From: Octopus bimaculoides
Lineage: Eukaryota
DNA: 61,931 nucleotides
Direction of reading: 5' to 3'
Assembly: GCF_001194135.2 (NCBI RefSeq)
Contig: NC_068985.1
Location: 62,800,673-62,862,603 of the forward strand
Position 1 is the stretch's first letter. Every line of letters starts with the position of its first letter. Shown here piece after piece: positions 33,920 through 47,349 of the stretch. A program made the position numbers and the translations under genes. Under the pieces are notes generated by a model. The model was not told the DNA's origin. It made no database searches and saw only the letters and a list, made by a program, of their open reading frames with translations.

Positions 33920-36155
33920 ATGTACACAAGGCTCAATTGATTAGGAATAGAATTAAACTAGAGGAGATACAGTTTGGTTTTGTACCTGGGAAGAGTACCA
34001 TGGATGTCATCTTCCTTGTGAGACAGCTGCAGGAAAAGTATTTGGTCAAAAGTAAGCCATTGTACCTAGCTTCATCAACCTAGAGAAAGCTTTTGATAGA
34101 ATCCCCTGCTCTGTTACCTGGTGGTCTCTAAGGAAGTTAAGAATAGAGGAGTGGCTTGTTAGAGTGGTGCTGTCAGAAAGGTTAGAGTCAGCAATAAATA
34201 GTAATGAAGGTAGCGTACAAGTAGGGGTTCACCAAGGTTCAGTTCTCAGCTTACTTTTATTCATTATAGTTCTCCAGGCCATAACAGAGGAATTCAAAAC
34301 TGAATATCCTTGAGAACTACTTTATGCTGATGACCTTGCTCTTATTGCAGAATCTGTAGCAGAACTGGAGAAGGATTTCTAGGTATAGAAGCCAAACCTG
34401 GAATCAAAGGACCTTAAAGTTAACCTAGCAAAGACTAAAGGTGTTGTTAGCAAGGAAGAAGATAAAACTTTCTTTCCATCAGGTAAATGACCCTGTTCAA
34501 TATGTAGGAAAGGAGTTGGAAATAATACCATTTGCAGCATCCAGTGTAAGTTACAGACACATAAGAGGTGCAGCAGAATCTCAGTTAGACTAACAGATAA
34601 AGTCATCTTTCTATGTGCCTGATGTGCAGGAACAATAAACACTAAGAGCACATGGAATTTAGACTCTCTCAAATGTCCAGGGGGTTCTCTTAAGGTTGTA
34701 GATAGTTTCTGTTACCTAGGTAACCAAATTGGCAATGGTGGAGGATGCACTGAAAGTATTGTTTCTAGGATAAGAATAGGATGGAGGAAGTTCAGAGAGC
34801 AATTACTTCTGTTGGTAACAAAGGACTCTCTCAGAGTGAAAAATAGACTGTATGATGCTTGTGTGTGAATGGCTGTACTCCATGGTAGTGAGACATGGGC
34901 TCTGAATCAGATGAACTGCTTAAACTGGAGAGAAATGAAGGCAGTATGATCTGTTGGATGTGCAAACATATTGAAAGAAAAGTTGGGCATAAGAAGTATC
35001 AAATGCAGTGTGCAAGGGAGAAGACTAGTTTAGACATGTGATGTGAATGAATGAAGACAACTGTATAAAGAAGTGCTGATCACTGAAAGTGGATGGATGA
35101 GTGAGACCCTAGAAGACATGGGATGAAGTGGTGAAGACTGTTCTCAAGAAGTTAGGTCTCACAGAGGAAATGAACCCACATCAGCAAAACTGAGTTCTAG
35201 AAGTGCTGTGTTCTCCACCCATACATAACAAGAAAACTTTTCACACATAAACCAAACTACATCACTTCTCTTCCACACATTTACTCTTTCAAGCACTATA
35301 CTTATCAGTCACTTCCCAATCTTGTCCTCATGGACCTTGCTATCCAGTAGCCCCCACCCCCCTCTATACACCCAGGTTTTCACCACTCACTGCATTCCCC
35401 ACTCCCATTCTCTTCTCATGCTGCTTTGGCAATGCCCTGCCACTTATATTATGATCTCTGTACCTCAAGGGTATGCCCTAGCACTTGCCACCGTCTATCT
35501 TTTCCATTTTTTACTCTATCCCATTTATATTCTGATCCCCGACCCCTGTGTGTATGCCTGGCACTCTGTCACCATCTCTCACCTGCTTTCTTTTGCACTC
35601 TTGCTCCCATTCTCTCACTCCTTCTCTTTCCTGTGGCTGGGTAACCACATAACTCCTTTACAGCAGCACACCTGTTTCTGTCTTCATTCTTGATCAATTT
35701 CTCTCTCTGTCTGGCCAGGTAACCATGTACCTCCTCTACATATGACATCTGTTTCTGTCTGCCTCACTATAACCTTTCATTATCTGACACAAGATAACTT
35801 CCTCCAATGCCCTTTCCCCTCTCAAAGGATCTTTGTCTTGCAAGTTACTTGGTGATCCTGCCACTGCTGGTGCCACTTAAAAAGCATCCAGTCCACAATG
35901 TAAAGTGAATGGTGTTTGAAAGGGCATCCAACTGTAACAACCATACCAAAACTGACCTCATTTGTGCTTGTGCCACGTAAAATGCACTGAGTCCATTCTG
36001 CTGGGTGGTTGGTGTTCAGAAGGGCATCCAACTGTAAAAACCTTGCCAAAACAATTACAGAAGTCTGGTGCAGTGTCCTGCCTGGCCAGCTCCTGTCAAA
36101 ACGTCCAACCTATGCCAACATGGAAGGCGGATGTTAAACAATGATGATGATGATG
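33920..36155 (+). mobile_element. Decayed RTE LINE (subfamily with CT-rich 3' region) and terminal SINE-like tail
   Basis: IQFGFVPGKSTMDVIFLVRQLQEKY, YADD at ~34322; (GAT)n at ~36140-36157. Confidence 0.85.
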
Positions 36156-37334
36156 ATGTACACCCACGGGTATTATGTGTAAGTATATATGCTCATACAC
36201 CCTCCCAGCACACGTGTGTGCATGTGTTTACATCTATGTATATGTGAGTGCATATAGAAGAGAATGTGCCTATGGATGTATGTGTTTGTATGTATGTGTG
36301 CATGTGTATATGTGTATGTGTGTCTTGCAGTGTGAATAAAGTTGGATAGTAGAAACACTGCTGACAGTTATATGGCTTTCTGCTTACCTTGAGACTTGTC
36401 TCTTTGCGTCTCACTTAACTGACAAAATATTTGCTTGGTTCTAACAACCTTTAAGGTCAACACAAGGATACAGCATGTGTGTAACTCTTGTATGTTCTCA
36501 GTGCTAACATTAACCATAAAGTAATTTAGGTAAGTGAATTTAAATACTATAGATGTTTTATCTGTACTCCTCACATGCTCACATGCCCATTAAAAGCCCT
36601 ACCTTCTAATTTTCCTATAAATGTGAATGTTAATTTTTTAAAATGCAACTTATCTAATGATGCTGGATTCATCATGTTTGATGTATGAAATCTCACCTGC
36701 ATATAAAATTATGAACAATTATGAAAAATAGCTTTACTTAAACTGAAGTATATATGCATATACAGACGCACATACATATCAATAAATACATATATTAATA
36801 CCAAAGGTATACCAAGTATAAAGTACCTCAAAAACATATAAAAAATGCACATACCAGTTTATACCTGTAATATGTATCCATACATATATGCAAGTACACA
36901 TTTAAATATGTATATATGTGTTTCTCTATGCACAGACAACAAATACATATACATACATGATGATGATACGTATAAGCTAATATCAATATGTACACAATTG
37001 TGTCCGTCAATATATAGGTAAGTAATAGTTAGGCTTCAATACAAATATTGGGTAAGAGAGGGTAGGAAACTGCAAGCTAGTACTAAAGGAGTGGGTAAAA
37101 AAATAATTTTGCATTTCAAAATATGTCTAGGTGAAACAATTATATAATTAGGTAGGACAAACAGTAAAAAATAACATGAAGATAACCAAATAGTGAAGTG
37201 GAAGCATGGAGCAAAAAAAGAAAAAATTTCTTAATGAGATAAGAGTACAGAAATAGGATTAAGGCATAAAAGGTTAATATATAGTTAAAAGTATAAGCAA
37301 TTAGAGGGGTAAGCAGTAATATAAGAGGCATTAG

Positions 37335-38640
37335 GGTTTGTATCAGTGGAAGCTGTTACATCTCATAAGTTGATCAAATTGGTTAGTAATGTTTCCTTTA
37401 CTGTACAGATTCTTTAAAATTTCTTCTATCTAAAGTGAACACCTATTATTATAACCACTATAGGGTCTTATTCGTAGTACTATCAACAATCCAATAGTAT
37501 ATTCCATCAAGTTCTTTAATTTTCAAATTCATTTTGATAATGATGTGCTATTAGCCTTACCTAAAAATTAAATAATGATTATGTAATCTCACCTTGAAGT
37601 CCATGCTTGAAGTATCTACATAAATGTAACTAAATTGGTTAGTGGTAACTATGCATTGGAAAAAAAATTTCTAATTAGACATTTATATAATGAACAGGAG
37701 GATGGGCATTTACATTGAAAATGCCTCTGGTGTTGACACAAATAGTGTTGTTAATGTAAGTGTAGTAATTGTTAGTGCCACCAAAAGATGATCATTAAGG
37801 ATATCGTTGTTCATAGGTTTTGTAGTATAACTGTGTCCATTATGTAGAGCTAAGAATACATTGGATGCTACTTCATCATTCTGGGTACCAGTTGTTCCCT
37901 TAGACAACAAGATTTTAATGGGTTTGTTAAGTTTTGTACAGGTACTGCTAGTTCTAACCACAGGAAAATGGTATAGTCTTCTATTATTAATGCTACATAT
38001 AATGTTAACAACATTAGAGGTAGAATGCAATAGCTTAATGGACTGGGGGTTAAAAATCTCCCTATACCCACAATAAATGGGTGATTCTCTAATAAAGCAA
38101 AATGTAGATTAGGTATTCTGCTCTGAATATTGAGGGTGAAGGGTGGATGAGACCAGATTATATTCTTTTGTCTAATGTGATTCCTCAACATTTTGGAATT
38201 GCTGAAATTCGGGTTTCAAAGAATGGGTCCTGGCTTAGCCCAATCATTTAAAATATTACTGGGCCAGATTGCATTTTTATAGTAGTCCGCATACTGATTG
38301 AAGATGTCTAATATACTATCAACTAGCAAGTTGAGAACAGAACAACCATGATCAGAATGAAAAATGATGTAATTGAGGTTCTCACCTGGTTTGTGAGTTG
38401 TGTATTTCAAATGTGACATCTAAGCAGCCAGCAGTTTTAAGTTTATAACTAAAAGAGATATGTAGAGCCATGTTCTTGATGAAATTTCTAATTCTCTTTC
38501 TAGAGCACTTGACTTCACTATTGCTACAATCCTGGACATAAAATGGAGGATCATCCCCATAGAGAGCACATAACAGTTGGGGAAAATTAAAAACATGGTC
38601 TACCAATGTATAATTACCACGAACCAGTCTAGATATGTTT
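37335..38640 (-). mobile_element. Decayed Naiad-type PLE with RT 3' half and GIY-YIG endonuclease
   Basis: LYGDD, CLDVTF, SDHG (SNHP-like), RQKNIIWSHPPF, YIYVDTS..FKVRLHNH, RCSL. Confidence 0.75.
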
Positions 38641-38729
38641 ACATAGATGCTTCAAGCACAAACTTCAAGCTGAGATAATGTAATCATCATTTAATTTTTA
38701 AGGTTAAGACTAATAGCATATAATTATCA

Positions 38730-38930
38730 TCATCATAATCATTTAATGTCCACTTTCCATGCTGGCATGGATTGCATAGTTTAAAATGGGAACCAGCAAG
38801 CTTCATGGTACATCAGGCTCCAATATGTCACTTTTGGTATGGTTTCTTCAGCTGGATACCTTTCCTAACACCTATTACTTTACAGAGTATACTTGGTGCT
38901 TTTTTTTACATGCCACTGGCTCAAGTGATG
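38730..38930 (-). mobile_element. RTE-tail SINE
   Basis: catcataatcatttaatgtccactttccatgctggcatgg tail in reverse orientation. Confidence 0.8.
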
Positions 38931-38939
38931 TTGCCTGAA

Positions 38940-40520
38940 ACTTGAAAGACAAAAGAACAGAAGAAAAGGAAAAAGCTCCCTAAACAAAGAAGAAGTATTT
39001 GGAAGAGGAAGTGGGTGGCTTTATGCAGGTGTTGAAAGGCTAAAGTATGATAGAGGGATACAGAAAGTATGTGCAAGGTGTAGGAGCAGGATCAGTGATA
39101 AGGGAGATAAAGGGATACATAAGGAGCTATAAGAGGTGATGGCTCATGATGATAGGTATGGGGCACTGAAAATTACAGCAGATAGGAGTGGAGTTTAGCA
39201 TGGAGTATAGTGGAGGGGAAAGAGAGTAGTGGCTGAAAGCACAGAAATAAGAGGTGGGTAAGATTGGTTGAAATAGTATGGGCAGAAATAATAAGGAATG
39301 TGGGACAATGTCAGGGATGAAATATGGGCTGATTCTGTTCTCAGGTGAGGGCAGAAGCTGTGTAGTACCATAGATGGGGGAGGGATGAAATATGGTGGGG
39401 ACAGAGCCTCACACATACATACAAGCATAACCAAGTAATTTTAGAATAATCATCTTTTTCTGTAATGGACAGGTCTTGAACTGTCTTCTTAAGCACAACA
39501 AAATGCCAGTCATTTCTTCTGTAAAGCTCAGCATCTTGAGATCAGCCTTTAATACTTTGTCTCATGTCCTGCTGGGTCTACATCTTCCACAAGGACCATG
39601 CACTTCTTTATGCAGCTATCCTCATTCATATACCTCATATGACCAAACCAGAGCAGTCTTCTCTCTTGCATGCTACATCTGATTCCTCTTATACCTAACA
39701 TTTCTTTCAATATATTTGCACTTTGTTGTACAAACACACTAGCATTGCACATCCAATGGAGCATACTAGCTTCATTCCTCTCACTATGTGAATGAGATTA
39801 TCAGCATATAGTAGTTCCTAGGGGCAGCCAGTCTTAAATTCCTTTGTTATGGCTCAAAGGACAATGATTAATAGGAAGGGACTGAGAACTGAGCCCTGGT
39901 ATATGCCTACCTGCACACTGAATTCACCACTATAATCATGGTTAACATTCACCTTACTGAGAGTACTGTTGTACATGGCTTGCACAGCTTTCACAAACCA
40001 TTAATCTATCTTAGCTTCCTCAGAGGCCACCATATCATAGAGCAAGGTACTCTATTGAAGGCTTTCTCCAGATTAACAAATGCCAAGTATAATTGTTTAC
40101 TCTTAAATAAATACTTCTGCAGTTGTCTAAGAAGATAGCATCAGTAGTACTTTACCTGGCACAAAACCAAACTGCATCTCATTTAATCTAATTCTGTTTT
40201 TAATGTGCTATAACTCCCTTTGTCACTTCCATGACCTGGTCCAGCTGTTTGATGTCTCTGTAATTACTTTTATTTAAGGTATCTCCTTTACCTTCTAACA
40301 GCTAACTATAATGCTATTACATCAATCATTGGAGATGATATCTACCTCAACCTAATTAACTATTTAGGCGATGAGACCATATCCTACTCTGCCAGAGATA
40401 AGTATCTCAGCAATATTCTTGATGGACCAGGGGCTTTCCTTGTCATTAGATATTTAATTGCATTATCTATCATACTGTTATCAACTAGGATGGCTGTTTT
40501 CTTTGATGGTTTCACATTGG
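38940..40520 (-). mobile_element. Decayed RTE LINE (same subfamily as 33920-35870, opposite orientation)
   Basis: Reverse frames give MQFGFVPGKSTTDA, LRQLQKY, NLEKAF; GA-rich segment mirrors the CT-rich segment of the + copy. Confidence 0.8.
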
Positions 40521-40526
40521 GAATAA

Positions 40527-40687
40527 TTGATGGAATACACTATTAGATGGTTGATAATACTATGAGGGAGACCCTATAGTAGTTATGATAATAGGTGTTC
40601 ACTTTGCATAACAGAAATTCTGATGATCATGGACCTTACATTGAGATGTAAACATAAATTTTGTAACATATTCCTCTGATACAAACC
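40527..40687 (+). mobile_element. Inverted copy of the Naiad endonuclease 3' end
   Basis: Clearly similar to the reverse complement of 37335-37515 (gaccctatagt..ataggtgttcacttt..ctgatacaaacc). Confidence 0.8.
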
Positions 40688-41073
40688 GTAATCTAATATA
40701 ATAAATGCAAAAACTAATTTGTGTGTGTCAGTGTGTCACACTTAGACCACCTCTCTCACTATTGAATGACACTCCTACTATTCCTCATGATCGGGTGAGA
40801 GTAATAGTAGGCATAGAGATGGTGAGGGTGGTGGTGAAGACAGACAGAAGGCGACAAAGAAATTTAGAGAGAGCTGATATTTTATTAAAAGTAGTAGTGT
40901 TGATGGTGGCAGTGGGAGTAACAATAAAAGAGAGAGAGAAAGAGTAGGTATGTGAGAGAAAGAGGGAGATGATGTACCATTTCATTTAACCATGTCTCTT
41001 TGACAGAAATTCCTGTTGCCAACATAGTGAACACTCATTTTTGTTTTATTTTTTGCTTTCTTTAATACATATA

Positions 41074-41139
<66 letters not shown>

Positions 41140-41231
41140 TATATAAAATACACTTTAATTGAAATAAAGTTTCCCCTAAATTACACATATCTAATATAAT
41201 AATTGCAAATGTCAGTGCGTCACACTTTTTC

Positions 41232-41548
41232 AACTTTGATAAATCCTTTCTACTCGAAGCACAAGACCTCAAATTTTGGGGGAAGGTTCAATTACATGAA
41301 TCTCAGTACATTACTGGTACTAATTTCATCGACCCTGAAAGGATGAATGACAAAGTCGACCTCGGCAGAATTCGAGCTGAAAACCTAGTGGCGGATGAAA
41401 TNNNNNNNNNNNNNNNNNNNNNNNNNNNNNNNNNNNNNNNNNNNNNNNNNNNNNNNNNNNNNNNNNNNNNNNNNNNNNNNNNNNNNNNNNNNNNNNNNNN
41501 NNNNNNNNNNNNNGCATGCTAACAATTCTACCAGCTTGCCACCTTAAT
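41232..41548 (-). mobile_element. SINE (Meta-like domain) spanning the gap
   Basis: atcgaccctgaaaggatg..aaagtcgacctcggcagaattcgagct. Confidence 0.8.
41402..41513. other. Assembly gap
   Basis: Run of N. Confidence 1.
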
Positions 41549-42486
41549 ATAACAGTATAATATAATAAATGTGAATGTCAGTGTGTCACACTTTTTCAAC
41601 TTTATTCCTAGAGGCCGTAGCCCAACATATCATACTATTTTGGAATCAGGCTGACTCTGTGAGTAAATTAAAAACATTCCGGGCCAAATCTGGACCCACA
41701 ATCCTGAAATTTTGGATTTCAAGGTTTGCATTACTGTGATAGTTTCCGGTGATTTTTTTACGTGACTTTTTGTCACAAATTTTTATAATCTAAAGGCAAA
41801 CTCCATGAGTAAATTAAAAACATTCTAGTCCGAATCCGGATCTGCAATCCTGAAATTTTGGATTTCTATGTTTTCATTACTGCGATTGTTTTTGGTAATT
41901 TCTTTTACATGATTTTTTGCGACGAATATGATCATCATTGGGATATGACTCTGGAGGAAGCAATTGCAACAAATTCTCTGAAACAAGTCAGAGATCTGTT
42001 TGCAGATCATCCCATTCAGGGTCAGTTGCTTAAAAGCTGCCCAATAGGACAGCTTTTAAGCTAGTTCCCTTTATATAACTGTTTGCACCTCCTAATTGCT
42101 AATGCTGCTAACTACCTAATGTTCCTGTTCCTCTATCCACTGAGTTTCATATTATCTTTTCTTAATGAATCCAAGTATCATACTGATGATTCCTGATTGA
42201 TTTTTCACCTAGCTATAATTAAGAAAATTAAAAACTTTGTCTTCTGCATTATCCTGAAGACTGACACCCAAAGTGCATATCTGGATGTTTCTTGCATTTA
42301 TTTATTTCTTATTTATGGATATATCTATGTAAATGCACAACTGTTCAAGTTTTCTTAATATGTCTATGTTTGTGTGTAAGTGTATGTATAAATATGTGTG
42401 TGTGTTCAGACTAAATTTGACAATTAACAAAAAAGAAATAGAAAACAGTATCCCATTAAAAAATAGAAGTATGAAGTATTTGAAAA

Positions 42487-43400
42487 AATCAAAAAATATC
42501 AACTAGATTATGGCTGAGACATAACAGTTTACTCAAAGTAGTTGCCCACAGCTTATCCATGATCCCAAGACAACTCCTGAACCTGGGACATGTGCCCCTC
42601 ATTAGGTCTCTGAGAAGATCTTTAAACACCTCCTTGACCTTGGCCACCAGCTCAGCCTTGGTGTTGCAGGAAGAATGGTTGGTGTTTTTCTCAGCCGTGT
42701 CCCACACGTAGTAATCTGTGGAATTATATTTGGGGGAATTAGGAGGCCAGATGTAGCAGCTACTGAAGTCGTAGAAAATCACTTCTGAATTTTTCTGTAG
42801 GTATGACAAGGAACTGAATCTGCAGCCATACATATAGACTTCCAGTAGCAACTTTCTCTGTCTAGTAATTGAACCTAGGGCCCTGTTCAAAGATGTATCA
42901 CCAGAGACACACCCAAGGACCAACATGGTTTGAGGGAAGTTGGTTTTCATGATACATGGGTCATCACATGAATTATAGGCAAGCCATGGATGGTCTGGGT
43001 TTTATGCAACTGGTTCTGGTATAAGTTCTTTTCATCTGATAAGAATCAGATCATTCCAAGCTCAAGATGACTCAGCTTGTTCAGGAGCTTCTTTGTCTTC
43101 ATCAAGCAGTTTTCCTTGGCTTTAGTTGTCAGAATTTATCCCTTGCACCTCTTGTACAAGTGGTACTGAAGGTCCTCATTCAAGTTTAGCTTCGCATTGG
43201 TGACTCTAGTACCGATCTCTCCCACCAAAACCCAGATTCTCTTGCTCAGACCTTCCAGCACCTTGTCCTGAAGTTGTTGGATGAATTCTAGCATGCAGAC
43301 ACAAAATCAGAATGCCTATCATATCCATTCCTTCTGGCCATAGCTTCACAGTCTCCATTGCAGCTGTCCATGTCACATCTTACAGCCTTTACAATGTTCA
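42487..43400 (-). mobile_element. maT/DD37D-like mariner remnant
   Basis: FLSDEKN, MKTNFPQTMLVLGCVS, WPPNSPKYNSTDYYVW. Confidence 0.8.
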
Positions 43401-43790
43401 CGGAGCATTGAAAAGCAGTCATTATGATGGGATTTTGATAGCCAGTTTAAATCATGATACAAGTAACTCTTTTCCAATATTCAGAGAGTTTCCAGTCTTC
43501 CATGTCAGCTAGCTTTTTCTCAACTACAACTATATTTATGCTCTCAAATGCTGTTGACTGTTCACATCAATCTGTTCCTGAGGAAAAAAAAGAGACATAA
43601 AGACCTGTCAAATTAAGTCAAAATACAATATATATAATGTACTGTTTTGCGATAGTAAGATCAACAAAAAAAGTACTGCATCTGGTGGCATGGTATCATA
43701 AAATGCTGTCAGAGTTGTTTTCATTGCATTGAAACTATTAGTAGCTCATTAAAATATGTACTTTGTTTATAAAATAGCATATATATACAT

Positions 43791-44077
43791 TTTGAAGAAA
43801 AGCAACAAAAATTTAATAGGTTATAGCAGTACGTACGTTTCGTACAAACTTCATTTATTCATGTAGTGAGAACACTACATAAAATGTGCAATGAAAATGT
43901 ACTCCTCAGCTGCATAATGGAATTTCATTTTAGAAAGTCATTTTGTAGATGTATGCAGCTGAGGAGTACATTTTCATTGCACATTTTATGCAGTGTTCTC
44001 ACTACATGAATAAATGAAGTTTGTACGAAACGTACGTACTGCTATAACCTATTGAATTTTTGTTGCTTTTCTTCAAA
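43791..44077. repeat. Near-perfect inverted repeat, 126-bp arms with 35-bp spacer
   Basis: 43791-43916 versus 43952-44077: I see only two mismatches. Confidence 0.95.
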
Positions 44078-44190
44078 TTTTATTCACCAAATCTCTTGAT
44101 TTTGTTTTTGGTTTTTACCCTACCAAATTCTGGTGCCTCAAACATTTTAAGTACCACATTTAATCTTTTGATTAAATCTATATTATTATA

Positions 44191-44224
<34 letters not shown>

Positions 44225-45085
44225 ATGTGCATTCAAAAGGTATCCAACTTTGTTTTTTCCTGTCAAAACTAATGGTGGGTGGGAAAAATCCTTTGAGTGG
44301 GAGTTGATACCTCACTTCCTGCACATGAAAATTTTTGTGCTGGAAAGTCACATCCGTGAGTGCTCGTTGGATTTTCCTTTTCACACAAGATGACCAAATG
44401 CATCAGCAGAGACCATAAAACCCATGTCACATCACCAGTGATAATAGCCTTCATGAATTCTGGGTTGTGGTTTGCACAATCCAGCATAACCTGAGTGATT
44501 TCCATGCAGAGTTGATTCTGCTGCTCCACCAGCACATTGAGAATGAATTTCACCAACACTACCTGCATGTAAAAATTCTCTGTTAAAAAGGTATGCACTG
44601 ATCCCATGCTTATTTCCACTTCATGAGCAATTTCCTGGATTCCATGACTATTTGCCGAACCTTCTGAATTGGCTCCTTGTTTTGGCTTTTGGATGGCTTC
44701 CCTGAGTGTGCCTCACTCTCCACTGAGGTGCAGTCATGTTTGAAGCAATTTGTACCACTCCCTGATTTGAGAGTTGCCCATTCCATTATTACCAAAAGCC
44801 AGCTGAACCTTATGGATGGTTTGAATTTGAGTATCACAAAGCTTTTGGCAAAACTTGATGCAATATCTCAGCTTGATACATTTGCTGGAAACAAAAATCT
44901 AATAAGCATGCACTACACATCTGTACTCTAGGCATAACAGCTAGGAACTGACATGGCCGACTAGCACAAAAATTTTCATGCATGAGCAGGGAAGGTGGTA
45001 TCACCTTCCACTCAAAGAACTTTGCCTATGTGGTATTATTTTTGGCAGGAAAAAATAAAGTTGGAATGCAGATTGTGTATACATA
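44225..45085 (-). mobile_element. Mariner (DD34D-type) internally deleted remnant
   Basis: SVESEAHSGKP, ISMGSVH, AIITGDVTWV; TIR-like ccaactttgttttttcctgtcaaaa versus ttttggcaggaaaaaataaagttgg. Confidence 0.75.
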
Positions 45086-45199
45086 TAGTGTATGTGTTTT
45101 CATCTATTTGCTTATATGTGTGCATATATGTTATTGTATGTGTATATGTTTAGGGATATTTATATATAAAAGTGGTAGACATTATTTAAGTTAGCAGTG

Positions 45200-46007
45200 G
45201 AAGTAATAGTTTCAAAAGTGTAGCTGCTAGAATAACAGGTTGGACAAAGTTCATAGAGCTCTTACCTTTTTTGGTAACAAAGGGCCTCTCCCTCAGAGTA
45301 AAAGGTAGACTACATGATGCCTGTGTATGAACAGCTATGCTACATGACAGTGAGACATGGGTTATGACTACTGAGGACATGTGAAGGCTTGAAAGAAATG
45401 AAGCCAACATGTTCTGCTGGATGGGTAATATCAGTGTACATATTTGATAGAGTGTAAGTGATTTGAGAGAAAAATTGGATATACAAGACATCAGATGTGG
45501 CATTCAAGACAGAAGACTGCTGGTATGGTTATGTAATGCTTATGGATGAGGACAGCTGCATCAAGAATTGCCAATCTCAAATTGTAGAGGGAATGTGTGG
45601 AAGGGAAGACATGGGACATAGTAGTGAGAAAGGATCTTCAGATGTTGGGCCTCACCAAGGAGATGACAAGGGACCAACACTTCTGATGGTTTGCTGTGCT
45701 TGAGAAGACATGCCAGGCTAAGTAAAATCATGGCTGTCTATGCATACGGGCAAAGCCTCTACATTCATCTCTCAGCTGAGAGATCCTAGTTTTGTGGGCT
45801 TGTGGGTACTGGTGCCATGTAAAAGTGCTTGTGCCACATAAAAAGCACCCAGTACACTCTATTAAGTGGTTGGTGTTAGGAAGGGCATCCAGCTGTAGAA
45901 ACCATGCCAAAACAGATAAATGATACCTGGGCAGCTCTCCAGCTGACCAACCCCCGTCAAACTGTCCAATTCATGCCAACATAGAGAATGGACATTAAAA
46001 TGATGAT
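45200..46007 (+). mobile_element. RTE LINE 3' portion with (GAT)n tail
   Basis: RLHDACV.TAMLHDSETW; tail ggacattaaaatgatgatg. Confidence 0.85.
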
Positions 46008-46229
46008 GTATATTTATATATGTGTATGTTTGTATTTACATATATAGGTATGATGTTTTTAGGTGTATATGTATATTCTTTGTTATATATACATGTTTGA
46101 AAGTTCTTCTCATTATATGTCTTGAAATTAGCTATCACACCTTGATCCATTGACTAGAGCAAATAAGTTGTATTCTTGGGGGCATATTTTGCTCTTACAT
46201 TATCAAAAAACATTTAAGTTTACTGGGTG

Positions 46230-46740
46230 GCTTAGTGCAGTGAGCAATACTTTGTTGGAAATATTACATTTGACACTATACCTTTCAATAGTAAAAGTAA
46301 AAATGTTTGCAAACCACTCTTTTTCAGAAGCAAATTAAACTTTGTGTAACTCTTGACCAAAAGACATGGCTTTAATTTCATATCACCAGCAGCATTTTCT
46401 CCCAGAAGTGCCAGACATGCTAACTTTTCTTGTTGAGGAATATAGGTTCTAGAAGACATGAGCTTCTAGAAAAGTACAGTGTCAACATTGTATACTTATT
46501 CTGGTGTGTAGTTCCCTCCAGCTGCTCAGGATAATTAGTAGCAGCCTTTTTATCAGCAATTGCAGCTTCACCAATCTTTATATTGTGCTAATTCAAGCTC
46601 TCCTTAAACCTTCCAAATTAGCCTGTACTGATAGTGCTAATATGCTGATACTATTATTGTTGTGGATAATTGGTTTGGTTATTCAAAAGTTAGTGAGTTG
46701 CTAGTGGTGGTGTTTTGTATTGCTTTTTTTTTTATGTCAC
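46230..46740 (-). mobile_element. pogo/Tigger-like transposase fragment
   Basis: LACLALLGENAAGDMKLKPCL resembles the Tigger RLTLLLGANAAGDFKLKP motif. Confidence 0.6.
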
Positions 46741-46943
46741 TGATTATATTGTTCTTGTTAATTGTTGTTCCTGTTTAGTTTCAAGTCAACCCTCATTGAC
46801 TTAAGATCAAAGACATTTCATTCAATAAAAGGTGATATTTATCTCCACTTAAATGTGGAGATTGTTAGAACAAATGATGAGTTGCTACTTTCTTTAGTGG
46901 TCGAGCATTCATCATTGATGAGACCAAGGAAGGTCAAAATAAT

Positions 46944-46996
46944 GTGATTTGGTGGCCTCAGCGCTGGAGATGGCAGGGCTGAGGCCACCAAATCAC
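46944..46996. other. GC-rich hairpin, perfect 19-bp stem with 15-nt loop
   Basis: gtgatttggtggcctcagc / gctgaggccaccaaatcac, overlapping a CTAG at its 3' end. Confidence 0.9.
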
Positions 46997-47349
46997 TAGC
47001 GATATAAACACTGCTTCTGTCACTTATATTTCAATCAACATTTAAAATGAGCTAAAATACAACATTACCTCAGCTAATTGTTTTCTTTTTTTTAAATTTC
47101 AAATTAGTTGCTTATCTTATCTATTGTTGTGTTGTTGGTCATTAAGGAGTTAATGGTTGGTCATGGTGACATATTAATTTTGGTGTTGATGATAGATAGA
47201 TGGATGGATACTCATTGTAACCCAAGAATATATACACAAACACATGCAAATATTCACAGTGAAAAATTCCACCTCACAGTCTGTAAGTGCTTATAGTAAT
47301 GCACACACACACACACATAATTTATATGTATGTATGTATGATGATTATA

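Larger units (their letters stand above)
40692..42064 (+). mobile_element. Non-autonomous Helitron (composite)
   Basis: A|TCTAATATAAT 5' ends at 40692 and 41190, degenerate at ~41555; RepHel-like HWDMTLEEA..KQVRDLFA; 3' hairpin 42028-42061 then CTAG|T. Confidence 0.75.

Noticed and set aside
41645-41930. Spaced direct repeats resembling an array
   Set aside because: Only two ~146-bp diverged units inside a Helitron; not CRISPR-like, and the context is eukaryotic.
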